This document shows, in pieces, positions 50,796 through 60,307 of a stretch of 64,000 nt of DNA. The notes under the pieces were generated by a model. It was given only the letters and a program-made list of their open reading frames with translations, was not told the DNA's origin and ran no database searches. The translations under genes were made by a program, and so were the position numbers. Numbering within the stretch: position 1 is the stretch's first letter; the number at the start of each line of letters is the position of its first letter. The stretch lies in assembly GCA_964350735.1 (NCBI GenBank), contig CAYGKO010000002.1, forward strand, positions 26,134-90,133, given 5' to 3'. Source of the DNA: an uncultured Candidatus Saccharibacteria bacterium. GTDB taxonomy: Bacteria; Patescibacteriota; Minisyncoccia; Phycocordibacterales; UBA918.

Positions 50796-52733
50796 ATGGT
50801 ATCTGGAAACGACATCCGCACAAAGTACTTAGCTTTTATGGAGAAAAACGGCCACGCTGTCGTACCTTCATCCGCCTTAGTGCCAGAAAATGACCCAACC
50901 ACACTTTTTACCGGCAGTGGAATGCAGCCCATGGTTCCTTTTTTGCTGGGCGAAACGCACCCGAAGGGTACGCGTATAGCTGATTCGCAGAAATGTTTTC
51001 GAGCGGAAGACATTGAAGAGGTTGGTGACAACAGTCACACCACTTTCTTTGAAATGCTGGGCAACTGGTCACTCGGTGACTACTTCAAGGCGGAGCAAAT
51101 ACCTTGGATTGCCAGCTTCTATCTTGATGAAGTTGGACTTGATCTGAACAATTTCTACATAACTGCCTTTATTGGTGACGAGGTAGCTGGAGTACCCAAA
51201 GATACTGAGGCAGTTGAAATTTGGCAACAACTATTAGCAGACCGTGGGGTCAGTAATGGTGTGGGAGAAATGGGTTCAGCTGACGAGGCCGCTAAGCGTG
51301 GCATGAAAGACGGGGAGCGTATCTTCTACTATGACGCTAAAGAAAACTGGTGGAGTCGGGCTGGGGTACCCGACAATATGCCTATCGGTGAACCTGGTGG
51401 GGGTGACAGCGAGATGTTTTATGATTTTGGTACTGAGCATGATCCAAAGTTTGGTGAGCACTGTCATCCTGCTTGTGACTGCGGACGCTTTATGGAGATC
51501 GGCAACTCAGTCTTTATGGAATACATCAAAACTGACAATGGTTTTGAGTCTTTACCAGCCAAGAATATTGATTTTGGTGGAGGATTAGAACGAATTGCAG
51601 CAGCAGTAAACAACGATCCTGATGTTTATAAAGTTGATTTACTTTGGGGAGTTATCCAGAAAATCGAAGAGCTATCTGGCAAAAAATACAATGATAACAA
51701 AACAGCGTTTAGAATAATCACGGACCATATTAGAGGAGCAGTGTTTATGATTAATGACGGTGTTCTGCCCAGCAATACTGATCAGGGATATTTCGTTCGT
51801 CGCCTACTGCGGCGAGCGGTGCGCTATGCTGATCAACTTGAAATTGAAAGTGGTCAATTCCCAAAAATTGCTGACGGTGTAATTAATCTTTTTAAAGAGC
51901 ATTACCCTTCACTTGAGGAGCACAAACTAGAAATTAAGGGAGCAATCTCTGCAGAAGAAATCCAGTTCCGAAAAACTTTAGAAAAAGGCATGAAGCAATT
52001 CAACAAACTTTCGCTACAAGTACACGTGAATACAAAAATAGTCGATGGTAAAAAAGTAATCGACAAAGACACTGCTCGAGGCGTAAAAGCTATCAGCGCC
52101 CAAAATGCTTTTGATTTATTTACCACATACGGTTTTCCAATTGAACTAACTGAGGAAATCGCGGCTGAAAAAGAACTGGTTGTTGACCGTAAGGGCTTCG
52201 AAAAGCTAATGGAAGAGCATCGAACTTTATCTCGGGCTGGTGCCGAACAAAAATTCAAAGGCGGCTTAGCTGATCAGTCAAACATTGTTGTCCAGTACCA
52301 CACAACCACTCACCTTATGCTTGCAGCTTTACGCCATTTCCTTGGAAATCATGTACACCAAGCTGGTTCAAATATCACTGGTGAACGCATGCGTTTTGAT
52401 TTCACTCATCCTGAAAAAATTGAGAGAGAGACGCTCGATAAAATTGAAAATTGGGTAAATAGTGCTATCAAGACTGGAGGATTGGTAACTACAGATATGA
52501 TGACCAAAGATGCTGCTCAGGCTGACGAAACTATTGAAGCCAGCTTCTGGGACAGGTATCCTGATGAAGTGAAAGTGTACTCAATGACCGGAACTGATGG
52601 TACTGTGTTTTCTCGTGAACTATGCGGCGGTCCACACGTAGAAAAACTTGAAGATATTAAGGGTGAGTTCAAGATAAAGAAAGAGGAGTCTTCATCGGCT
52701 GGGGTCCGTCGAATCAAAGCAACACTCGTGTAG
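50796..52733 (+). CDS. alaS: alanine--tRNA ligase (lacks C-Ala domain)
   Basis: DPTTLFT.SGM, HTTFFEMLGNWS, GLER, editing HTTTH and ELCGGPH; ends at GVRRI.A. Confidence 0.95.
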   Translation: MVSGNDIRTKYLAFMEKNGHAVVPSSALVPENDPTTLFTGSGMQPMVPFLLGETHPKGTRIADSQKCFRAEDIEEVGDNSHTTFFEMLGNWSLGDYFKAEQIPWIASFYLDEVGLDLNNFYITAFIGDEVAGVPKDTEAVEIWQQLLADRGVSNGVGEMGSADEAAKRGMKDGERIFYYDAKENWWSRAGVPDNMPIGEPGGGDSEMFYDFGTEHDPKFGEHCHPACDCGRFMEIGNSVFMEYIKTDNGFESLPAKNIDFGGGLERIAAAVNNDPDVYKVDLLWGVIQKIEELSGKKYNDNKTAFRIITDHIRGAVFMINDGVLPSNTDQGYFVRRLLRRAVRYADQLEIESGQFPKIADGVINLFKEHYPSLEEHKLEIKGAISAEEIQFRKTLEKGMKQFNKLSLQVHVNTKIVDGKKVIDKDTARGVKAISAQNAFDLFTTYGFPIELTEEIAAEKELVVDRKGFEKLMEEHRTLSRAGAEQKFKGGLADQSNIVVQYHTTTHLMLAALRHFLGNHVHQAGSNITGERMRFDFTHPEKIERETLDKIENWVNSAIKTGGLVTTDMMTKDAAQADETIEASFWDRYPDEVKVYSMTGTDGTVFSRELCGGPHVEKLEDIKGEFKIKKEESSSAGVRRIKATLV

Positions 52734-52749
52734 TTTTCCTCATTGTTCG

Positions 52750-52786
52750 TATAACAGCGCGTACGCTTTGCGTACGCGCTGTTATA
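52750..52786 (+). terminator. 17-bp perfect inverted repeat overlapping the next -10 element
   Basis: TATAACAGCGCGTACGC-ttt-GCGTACGCGCTGTTATA. Confidence 0.55.
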
Positions 52787-52794
52787 CTAGTCAT

Positions 52795-53988
52795 ATGTTT
52801 TCACTCGGCAAACACGGTCCTGACGGCAAATACGGAGCCATTATTGATATTGGATCAGGGAGTGTTGGTGTGGCAGTAGTTGTGTCCGAACCTGGACAAA
52901 AATTACCTAAGGTCATCTGGACTCATCGTGAGCACACGAGTATTAAAGATATTGAGAGTATTCAAGCTGCTTCAAAAGACATCACCACTGCGATTATAAA
53001 TGCGTTTCTTGAAGTCTCTAATACTGGCGGCAAAAAACTGCGTGAATACGACAAGGGGGCAAAAATAGCCGAAGTTCAAATCACAATCTCTGCTCCATGG
53101 TCGTATACCATCAGCAAGACTGTTAACTTCGAAGATCCAGTGATGTTTAAAGTTACACAGGCACTTTTAGACGATCTTGAAGCAACAGCTAAAAAAGAAA
53201 TTGCTGCAGTCTTAGAATCTAATGATGTGATGAGTAAATTGGGATTATCCGTCATCTCTGAGAGCACACTTAACATCACAGCTAACGGATACCTCATCAA
53301 CCATCCTGATGATCAAATGGTCAACACCCTTTCTTTAAGTCAGATTGATGGCGTAGCAGAGGAGAAAATGCTTGCTGTTGTATACGACGCTAAAGATAAG
53401 GTATACCCAAAAGCTAAACAAAATACGCATACTTTTATGAACGTATTTTTTAGCACTCTTACAAATCTGCACCCGCAATCGACCGAGATATGCCTCATTG
53501 ATGTAACTGCTGAAGCAGTTGAGCTGGGTATAGTACGTGATGGAATTCTACAGTACGTTACTCATATTCCGTATGGTACTTATACTATAGCTAGAGAAAT
53601 CAGCGGTCTCTGTAGCATCCCTAAAACTGAAGCGCTAGCGTATATAAAAAATACTGACGCCTTACTGCTGCCAAACTTGTCAACAGCAAAGGAAGCGGAA
53701 TTTAAAGCCATTATAGATTCTTTTGAGGAAAAAATAGCCGATCTTCTTAAGCGAACTGGTGATGCGCTCTCAATCCCAAAAACTATTTATATTCATACGG
53801 ACTCACTGTCTGAAGTTTTCTATAAAAAGCGCATCGTAAATGCGACCAAGCGGGCAACCCAAGCAGATCACTCTGTTCATTTGATAACCTCCAAGTTGTT
53901 TGGTAAAAGCGACTCCAGTGACAGCGCGATTCTGCTCTCAGCATTTGTTTTCCACAAAAAAAATATCGACTCTACGTTCAGGATGTAA
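52795..53988 (+). CDS. divergent FtsA/PilM-like actin-fold (ASKHA) protein
   Basis: IIDIGSGSV phosphate-1 motif; LIDV...AVE..IVRDG....IPYG...IAREI.....I....A segment. Confidence 0.65.
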   Translation: MFSLGKHGPDGKYGAIIDIGSGSVGVAVVVSEPGQKLPKVIWTHREHTSIKDIESIQAASKDITTAIINAFLEVSNTGGKKLREYDKGAKIAEVQITISAPWSYTISKTVNFEDPVMFKVTQALLDDLEATAKKEIAAVLESNDVMSKLGLSVISESTLNITANGYLINHPDDQMVNTLSLSQIDGVAEEKMLAVVYDAKDKVYPKAKQNTHTFMNVFFSTLTNLHPQSTEICLIDVTAEAVELGIVRDGILQYVTHIPYGTYTIAREISGLCSIPKTEALAYIKNTDALLLPNLSTAKEAEFKAIIDSFEEKIADLLKRTGDALSIPKTIYIHTDSLSEVFYKKRIVNATKRATQADHSVHLITSKLFGKSDSSDSAILLSAFVFHKKNIDSTFRM

Positions 53989-54011
53989 TTAAAGGTATAC
54001 TAGTGAGTATT

Positions 54012-55313
54012 ATGGATAAAAAGTGGAACCTTCAAGACATCAAGCCAGTAGAACGCAGAAAGCGATCTACGCCCCCAGAAATGCGCCCACAACGGGAAGC
54101 TGCCCCCAAACGTACTGTCTCAAGTACTGACGATGGGACGATGCACATAGAAATCAAAGACGGCAAGAAGAAACGTCGTTTTAGTTTTGTATCAATCATA
54201 CTAGTTTTTGCCTTAATTATTACGGCAGTATTTACTGCCAGTTATTTAACTAGTGGCGCTGAAGTTACGGTATTTCCTCGACATCGTGAACCAAATGTAA
54301 ATGCCGAATTTACTGCCTATAGAATTCCACAAACTGATGAGCTGGCTTACGAAATCCTCACCCTTGAAGCAGATGGCGAGCGACAAGTGAGCGCTACTGG
54401 TCAAGAAGATGTGACTGAATTAGCTACTGGGGTACTAAACGTCTTTAAAACTACTGAAGGAGCTCAGCGACTTATCAAAAACACCCGTTTTGAAGCACCT
54501 GATGGTAGGATTTATCGAGCAAAAGAAACGGTTATTGTACCTGGAGCAGTAGATGGTACCCCAGGATCTATTAGAGCTGAGGTATTTGCTGATGTTGCAG
54601 GAGAAGAATACAATCTAAATTCTGCAAAGTTCACCATCCCTGGACTGGAAGATGATGAAGCGTTATTCAACGCTATTTATGCAGAGGTGGCAGACCCGAT
54701 TGCAGGTGGATTCTCTGGCCAAAAATTTATCATTGATGATACTGAACTAGCAACCGCAAAACAGGCCTTACAGATGGAATTGCGCGATGCTTTATTAGAG
54801 CGAGTGCCTAATGAAAAACCAGCTGGTTTCGTTGCGTTTGATGATGCAGTAACATTTACGTACGAATCCCTGCCGGCAGTAGAGTACGGGGAAAACCTTG
54901 CTACTATCAAAGAGAAAGCTTTGCTTCAGATCCCACTCTTTAAGCGCGAGGAGTTTGCAGCCTACTTAGCCGCTGCAACAGTGCCTGGATACGAAGATAG
55001 TCCTGTTAGAGTCAATGACTATGATGTGCTTTCCTTCAACTACACCTCAGCTACAACATCATCATCAAATATCTCTAATTTGGACTCAGTGACATTCAAA
55101 CTTATTGGCCGACCGCTGATTGTGTGGACATACGATGCAGGCAAGCTGTCTACTGACCTAATCGGAGCAGCAAAGACTGCATTACCGAGTATCTTAGGAG
55201 GTTATCCTGCGATTGAAAAAGCCGAAGCGGTTATCCGACCATTCTGGAAACGATCGTTTCCGACCTCAATTGCCGACATAGAAGTCATAGAAGTAGTAGG
55301 AGAAGCAGAGTAA
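54012..55313 (+). CDS. membrane-anchored protein with baseplate-J-like domain
   Basis: Basic N-tail, one TM, ATG.L.V....QRL..NTRF...DG.IY....V.VPG...V.AD..G.EYN..FTIPG..GG pattern. Confidence 0.55.
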   Translation: MDKKWNLQDIKPVERRKRSTPPEMRPQREAAPKRTVSSTDDGTMHIEIKDGKKKRRFSFVSIILVFALIITAVFTASYLTSGAEVTVFPRHREPNVNAEFTAYRIPQTDELAYEILTLEADGERQVSATGQEDVTELATGVLNVFKTTEGAQRLIKNTRFEAPDGRIYRAKETVIVPGAVDGTPGSIRAEVFADVAGEEYNLNSAKFTIPGLEDDEALFNAIYAEVADPIAGGFSGQKFIIDDTELATAKQALQMELRDALLERVPNEKPAGFVAFDDAVTFTYESLPAVEYGENLATIKEKALLQIPLFKREEFAAYLAAATVPGYEDSPVRVNDYDVLSFNYTSATTSSSNISNLDSVTFKLIGRPLIVWTYDAGKLSTDLIGAAKTALPSILGGYPAIEKAEAVIRPFWKRSFPTSIADIEVIEVVGEAE

Positions 55314-55327
55314 TGTGTACAGCTCTA

Positions 55328-55356
55328 TTGACCTTTCTTACTCAGTCTGTTAAACT
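55328..55356 (+). promoter_or_regulatory. promoter of the infA-alpha operon
   Basis: TTGACC-17nt-TAAACT with TGn extension. Confidence 0.7.
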
Positions 55357-55368
55357 CACTCCCGTTTA

Positions 55369-55587
55369 ATGTCAGAGCAACAAAAAGAGGAACTTGTCTA
55401 TGGAACCGTCGAAGAGGCGCTACCAAACGCTCTTTTTCGTATTGTTCTTGACGATACAAACGAGACCGTACTAGCATATCTAGCAGGAAAGATGCGACGC
55501 TTCCGTATCCGAGTGTTAGTGGGCGACAAGGTGGCTATTGTTTCCGATCCTTATGGAGGAAAAGGAAGAATAACTAAACGACTGTAA
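55369..55587 (+). CDS. infA: translation initiation factor IF-1
   Basis: G.V.EALPNA.F, LAGKMR...IRVL.GD.V and GRI motifs. Confidence 0.96.
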   Translation: MSEQQKEELVYGTVEEALPNALFRIVLDDTNETVLAYLAGKMRRFRIRVLVGDKVAIVSDPYGGKGRITKRL

Positions 55588-55599
55588 AATATAATTAAT

Positions 55600-55716
55600 A
55601 TGAAAGTTCGATCATCATTAAAACTACGAGGAAAAGGAAGCTTTTTCGTTAAGCGAAAAGGTGTGCTGTTTATGCGCAACAAGAAGAACCCTCGACTTAA
55701 TGCTCGACAAGGCTAA
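55600..55716 (+). CDS. rpmJ: 50S ribosomal protein L36 (Zn-free type)
   Basis: Hand-translated MKVRSSLKLRGKGSFFVKRKGVLFMRNKKNPRLNARQG between infA and rpsM. Confidence 0.92.
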   Translation: MKVRSSLKLRGKGSFFVKRKGVLFMRNKKNPRLNARQG

Positions 55717-55725
55717 CGCAACACT

Positions 55726-56103
55726 ATGAGAATTTCAGGTATTACAATTCCAGACGACAAACATCTCTCACACGGCCTTACCGCTGTATACGGGATCGGC
55801 TACTCTCGTGCTGCTGACATCCTTACGGAGCTCAGTATTGACCCGGATATCAAGCCAACTGATCTTTCAACTGATCAAGAGACTGCCATCCGAGAGAAAG
55901 TTGAGAGTTTTTCTATTGAAGGAGAACTTAAGCGAAAGATCTCATCAGACATCAAGCGATTGAAGGATATTTCTTCATACCGCGGATCACGACACGCAAA
56001 GCGTCTACCAGCTCGAGGACAGCGAACTAAAACAAATGCTCGTACCCTCAAAGGAGCTAAGAAGACTATGGGTAGTGGTAAGCGTAAGCTTGAAAAGACG
56101 TAA
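55726..56103 (+). CDS. rpsM: 30S ribosomal protein S13
   Basis: YGIG, SYRG.RH...LP.RGQRTKTNART. Confidence 0.97.
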   Translation: MRISGITIPDDKHLSHGLTAVYGIGYSRAADILTELSIDPDIKPTDLSTDQETAIREKVESFSIEGELKRKISSDIKRLKDISSYRGSRHAKRLPARGQRTKTNARTLKGAKKTMGSGKRKLEKT

Positions 56104-56143
56104 AATTATTAGTAACTTTTCATCTTGTATTTGAAATTGACCT

Positions 56144-56575
56144 ATGGGTAAGAAACGAATCATAAAAAAAGGTGGTGGATCAGATGTAGCGGGAACTTCG
56201 CGCGCTCTTAATCGTATCCCTAAAAAGAAAGTTGCTGTTGGGCGTCTTAACATCCTAGCTACTTTTAACAACACACTAGTGACTTTATGTGACCAAAAGG
56301 GAAACAGCATCATTGCTGCTTCTTCAGGAGCACTTGGCTTCAAAGGATCACGAAAAAGTACTCCATTTGCAGCGGCAAAAGTAGGAGAAATCATTGGTGA
56401 CAAAGCACAACAGATGGGTATGAAGGAAGCAGAAGTTGTTATTAGAGGAGTTGGAGCTGGACGAGAATCTGCACTCCGTGCATTTGCGGGTAAAGGTATT
56501 TCAGTCACTAAGATTGTTGACCGAACTCCAGTACCACACAACGGGCCACGTCCTAAAAAGGCTCGTCGCGTTTAA
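56144..56575 (+). CDS. rpsK: 30S ribosomal protein S11
   Basis: ATFNNT, GFKGSRKSTPFAA, TPVPHNG. Confidence 0.97.
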   Translation: MGKKRIIKKGGGSDVAGTSRALNRIPKKKVAVGRLNILATFNNTLVTLCDQKGNSIIAASSGALGFKGSRKSTPFAAAKVGEIIGDKAQQMGMKEAEVVIRGVGAGRESALRAFAGKGISVTKIVDRTPVPHNGPRPKKARRV

Positions 56576-56588
56576 TCTATATTTGCTT

Positions 56589-57197
56589 ATGAAAATTGGA
56601 CCAAAATTCAAAATTGCAAAGCGTCTCGGAGCACCGATCTTTGAGAAAACTCAAACTCAAAAGTTTGCTCTTTCTGAAGCTCGTGGTGGACGCATGAAAA
56701 AGCGACGACCAGGTAATATGTCTGACTACAAGCGTCAGCTCATTGAAAAGCAAAAAATGCGTTTCAGCTACGGAATCACCGAAAAACAACTTCGTCGATA
56801 TGTTAACGAAGCAGTAGCAAAAAGTCATCAACCTGCCAACCTTCTCGTTGAACGTCTAGAGTCTCGACTCGACAATGTCGTGTACCGAATGAAACTTGCT
56901 AAAACCCGTCAAATGGCTCGGCAAATGGTTGCTCATGGGCACATCTGTTCAAACGGACGTAAACTGACTATTCCTTCTCACAAAGTTAAGATCGGTGAGG
57001 TAATTACCGTACGAGAGGGTAGTAAATCAGCCAAACTGTTTGAAAACTTTACTGATGAACATGAAGCTGCTGGGGTTCCAGCGTGGGTCAAGTTTGATCC
57101 AAAAAAGCTTGAGGGGAGTATGGTAGCACTACCGGTCTACCAACCAACAGAAACACTATTCGATCCTGCACAGGTGCTTGAGTACTACAGCCGATAA
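56589..57197 (+). CDS. rpsD: 30S ribosomal protein S4
   Basis: SDY..QL.EKQK, LESRLDNVVYR, EYYSR; start MKIGPK. Confidence 0.96.
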   Translation: MKIGPKFKIAKRLGAPIFEKTQTQKFALSEARGGRMKKRRPGNMSDYKRQLIEKQKMRFSYGITEKQLRRYVNEAVAKSHQPANLLVERLESRLDNVVYRMKLAKTRQMARQMVAHGHICSNGRKLTIPSHKVKIGEVITVREGSKSAKLFENFTDEHEAAGVPAWVKFDPKKLEGSMVALPVYQPTETLFDPAQVLEYYSR

Positions 57198-57229
57198 AGT
57201 ACATTTAGTAACACATAAGAAAAATCATC

Positions 57230-58189
57230 ATGTTAGAAACAAATGTATCACTACCAAGCAAGCCACGTGTAGTTAAAGAAGAAGAATTCCACGGCGTCTA
57301 CGAAATCGATGGCCTTTTTCCTGGTTACGGACACACGCTCGGTAACTCTCTTCGACGAATCATCCTTTCTTCACTTCCAGGTGCTGCAATTACACATGTG
57401 AAGATTGATGGAGTTAAGCACGAGTTTGACACCATTGATGGCGTAAAAGATGATGTCATCACAATCCTTTTAAACCTTAAGCGGATTCGACTGGCGCTTC
57501 ATGGTGATGAACCAGTTACGGTTACACTAAAGAAGTCTGGGGTTGGTATGGTTACAGCTGCTGATATCGAATCACCTTCACAAATCGAAATTCTCAGTCC
57601 AGAACAACCAATTGCTGAAATCACGAGCAAAAGCGCTACCCTGGATATGGAAATTACAATCGAGCGTGGCCTTGGTTATGTTGCACGGGAAGTGCACGCT
57701 AAAGAGAAGGTGGAGATTGGCACAGTTGCTCTTGACGCCGTATTTACTCCAATCCGCCGAGCTAACTACGAAGTTGAAAACATGCGTGTCGGTGATCGAA
57801 CAGACTACAACCGACTTCGTATAGCGATCGAAACTGATGGTACTCTCACTCCTCGAGAAGCACTTGAGCAGTCAATTGAAATCATGATCCACCAACTTAA
57901 AGCGGTGATTGGATTCCAAGATACTACTCCTGTTGCAGCTGAAGTTGAGGCTCCAGCTGAAGCTGAGGAAAAGAAAGATGTAGATCCCGACGTACTGAAG
58001 ACCCGAATTGAAACTCTAGATCTATCAGCACGAACATTAGCTGCCTTGGAAGAAGCTAACATTCGAACTGTTGGAGGGCTTGTGCGAAAGAAAAAAGATG
58101 ATATTCTAGCGCTCGACGGAATCGGTCCAAAAGGAGTTGATGAAATCACTGAGCTCCTAAGCACAATGGGTGCTGAATTGACTGAATAA
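57230..58189 (+). CDS. rpoA: RNA polymerase subunit alpha
   Basis: GYGHTLGNSLRRI.LSS, VENMRVG.RTDY and alpha-CTD motifs. Confidence 0.98.
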   Translation: MLETNVSLPSKPRVVKEEEFHGVYEIDGLFPGYGHTLGNSLRRIILSSLPGAAITHVKIDGVKHEFDTIDGVKDDVITILLNLKRIRLALHGDEPVTVTLKKSGVGMVTAADIESPSQIEILSPEQPIAEITSKSATLDMEITIERGLGYVAREVHAKEKVEIGTVALDAVFTPIRRANYEVENMRVGDRTDYNRLRIAIETDGTLTPREALEQSIEIMIHQLKAVIGFQDTTPVAAEVEAPAEAEEKKDVDPDVLKTRIETLDLSARTLAALEEANIRTVGGLVRKKKDDILALDGIGPKGVDEITELLSTMGAELTE

Positions 58190-58201
58190 TTCTGAACTAC
58201 T

Positions 58202-58552
58202 ATGCAACACGGTAAACAAAAAAGAACATTAAGTCGGCCAGCGGGACAACGCACTGCTCTTATTCGTGGTCTGGCAATCTCATTAATTGAGAACGGACAA
58301 ATCACTACAACGTCTGCAAAGGCAAAAGAACTACGTCCGTTTGCTGAACGACTAATTACAATCGGCAAAGAAGGAACTATAGCAGCCCGCCGAAAAGCAG
58401 CCGCTAAACTTGGTGAACCAGCAGCTTCTGTTGTAAAAAAGCTTTTCGATGAGCTAGCGCCAAACTACACAGAACGAAACGGAGGATACACTCGTATTAT
58501 CAAAATGGGTCAGACAAGTGGGCGTGACGAGTCTGTAATTGAATTTGTATAA
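58202..58552 (+). CDS. rplQ: 50S ribosomal protein L17
   Basis: I.TT.AKAKELR..AE.LIT, R.GGYTRI. Confidence 0.96.
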   Translation: MQHGKQKRTLSRPAGQRTALIRGLAISLIENGQITTTSAKAKELRPFAERLITIGKEGTIAARRKAAAKLGEPAASVVKKLFDELAPNYTERNGGYTRIIKMGQTSGRDESVIEFV

Positions 58553-58556
58553 GCTT

Positions 58557-58919
58557 ATGACAACCACAGACACAACAAAAACTCACGTAATTGACGCTGC
58601 TGGCAAGCGACTCGGAAAAGTTGCTACTGAAGCAGCCACCATTTTGATGGGGAAGGATACACCAGACTTCGCAAAGCATATTCTTACTGAAGTATCAGTA
58701 AAAATTGAAAATGCAAGCAAGCTTGATGTTCCTGAAAAGAAAAAGGGAGAAATCTACCAGAGCTACTCTGGGTACCCAGGGGGACGAAATGAAGAAACTT
58801 TAGAGCATCTTGGTAAACGACTAGGGTACGCTGAAGTGGTACGTCGTACAGTAAACGGCATGCTTCCAAAAAATAAATTACAAGCTCGCATGATGAAGAA
58901 TCTCGAGGTAACTGAATAA
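58557..58919 (+). CDS. rplM: 50S ribosomal protein L13
   Basis: VIDA....LG..A...A..LMGK, SGYPGG, V.GMLPKN.L. Confidence 0.94.
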   Translation: MTTTDTTKTHVIDAAGKRLGKVATEAATILMGKDTPDFAKHILTEVSVKIENASKLDVPEKKKGEIYQSYSGYPGGRNEETLEHLGKRLGYAEVVRRTVNGMLPKNKLQARMMKNLEVTE

Positions 58920-58923
58920 GTAT

Positions 58924-59325
58924 ATGGCAACTGCAAAATACATTGAAGGTATCGGACGTCGAAAGACCGCATCAGCGCGAGTTCGTTTGACTCCAGCCAA
59001 AGAAACCACTATCGATATTAACGGAAAGAAGTTAGAAGAATACTTCCCACACCTTTCACTACAAAGTGACGTGCAGTCTATTCTTAGTACTGCAGAGGCT
59101 GGTATTGAGCACTACACCATCACTGCGAAAGTATCAGGTGGAGGTATCTCATCTCAAGCCGAAGCAATCCGACTTGGAATTGCTCGTGCTCTGGTAAAAG
59201 AAAAGGCAGACCGACGTGGTGTACTGAAGCCACTTGGTTTCCTTAAGCGAGACCCGCGTTCAGTGGAACGTAAGAAGTTCGGTCTCCGAAAAGCTCGTCG
59301 AGCACCACAATGGTCGAAGCGTTAA
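58924..59325 (+). CDS. rpsI: 30S ribosomal protein S9
   Basis: GRRKTA.ARV, GGG...QA.AIR.GIARAL, RDPR..ERKK.G..KARR.PQWSKR. Confidence 0.97.
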   Translation: MATAKYIEGIGRRKTASARVRLTPAKETTIDINGKKLEEYFPHLSLQSDVQSILSTAEAGIEHYTITAKVSGGGISSQAEAIRLGIARALVKEKADRRGVLKPLGFLKRDPRSVERKKFGLRKARRAPQWSKR

Positions 59326-59339
59326 TCTATACATACGTA

Positions 59340-59373
59340 AAACAAAAAAAGCCCAATTGGGCTTTTTTTGTTT
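59340..59373. terminator. bidirectional terminator
   Basis: AAACAAAAAAAGCCC-aatt-GGGC followed by a T tract and GTTT. Confidence 0.85.
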
Positions 59374-59384
59374 ACTGTGAGTTC

Positions 59385-59590
59385 GTACCACTGTATGCCT
59401 ACCAAATATATATTTGTCCTCCAAGGCACAGAACCAGCGTGGGTTCTGTACAGCTCCTCATCCTCAGCAGCATTCTTTGACGAGAAAGTTGAGCGACTTG
59501 CGTTCACACAACCTAGCTTCAAAAGAATGATCAGTCGTCTGTAGAGCAAGACGGTGATGATCCATTCCCACTTACAAAAGCAAGTGGTGT
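59385..59590 (-). ncRNA. candidate ~205-nt structured ncRNA, 6S-like
   Basis: Minus-strand ends pair (ACCACT/AGTGGT); central long hairpin CATTCTTT/AAAGAATG capped by a GCAA tetraloop; ends at a terminator. Confidence 0.45.
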
Positions 59591-59735
59591 ATACATAATA
59601 CTCCGTACTACACTTTTTTTATATTAGACAACACATGTCAAGGATGTACAATAGTTTCAGGCTCAAAATATGAGAAAATAGCGAATCAAAATTATTTTTG
59701 ACGGGAATAAAAATCGACGGTATAATGCGTACGCT

Positions 59736-60305
59736 ATGTTAGAAAATAGAAATGAAAACGAGTTGGATGACATCGAGATGACTGGTGAAGATAACGTAGA
59801 TGAACCAGCTTTAGAACACATAGAAGAATTAGGACAAGACAAGTTAAAGGCATTACGAGAAAAATTAAAAGTTTGCGAGTCTGAAAAAATGCAGTATCTG
59901 GAAGATCTGCAACGAGCCAAGGCTGAATTTCTCAATAGTAAAAAGCGGGTTGAAGATCAACGAATACAAGATAAAGAGCGCGCTGTTGAAACGCAGATTG
60001 AGAAATTACTACCGTTGTGTGACAGCTTTGATATGGCAATGCAGAACACTGAAGCCTGGGAAGCAATTGATGCTAACTGGAGGAGTGGCATAGAAGGTAT
60101 CTACACGCAACTGATCAGCATTCTTGATAGTTACGGAGTCACAAAGCACAGTGAAATCAACGAAGCCTTTGACCCCGAGAAACACGAAGCTGTCGGCACA
60201 AAGGATTCAGACCAAGAGACTGACACCGTAACTGAAGTCTTACAGGCAGGATATAGTAGAAATGGAAACAATATCAGAGTAGCAAAAGTAATCTTAAGTA
60301 CATAA
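59736..60305 (+). CDS. grpE: nucleotide exchange factor GrpE
   Basis: QR.KAEF.N.KKR, LLP..D.F, FDP..HEAV, Q.GY. Confidence 0.95.
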   Translation: MLENRNENELDDIEMTGEDNVDEPALEHIEELGQDKLKALREKLKVCESEKMQYLEDLQRAKAEFLNSKKRVEDQRIQDKERAVETQIEKLLPLCDSFDMAMQNTEAWEAIDANWRSGIEGIYTQLISILDSYGVTKHSEINEAFDPEKHEAVGTKDSDQETDTVTEVLQAGYSRNGNNIRVAKVILST

Positions 60306-60307
60306 AT

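Noticed and set aside
56436-56588. N-terminal extension of S4
   Set aside because: It overlaps rpsK; S4 similarity starts at ATG56589
59322-59549. 75-aa minus-strand ORF
   Set aside because: TTG start, runs through the terminator, no recognisable protein features; RNA structure is more convincing
59590-59735. CIRCE element or hrcA before grpE-dnaK-dnaJ
   Set aside because: No TTAGCACTC-N9-GAGTGCTAA and no hrcA gene in the window
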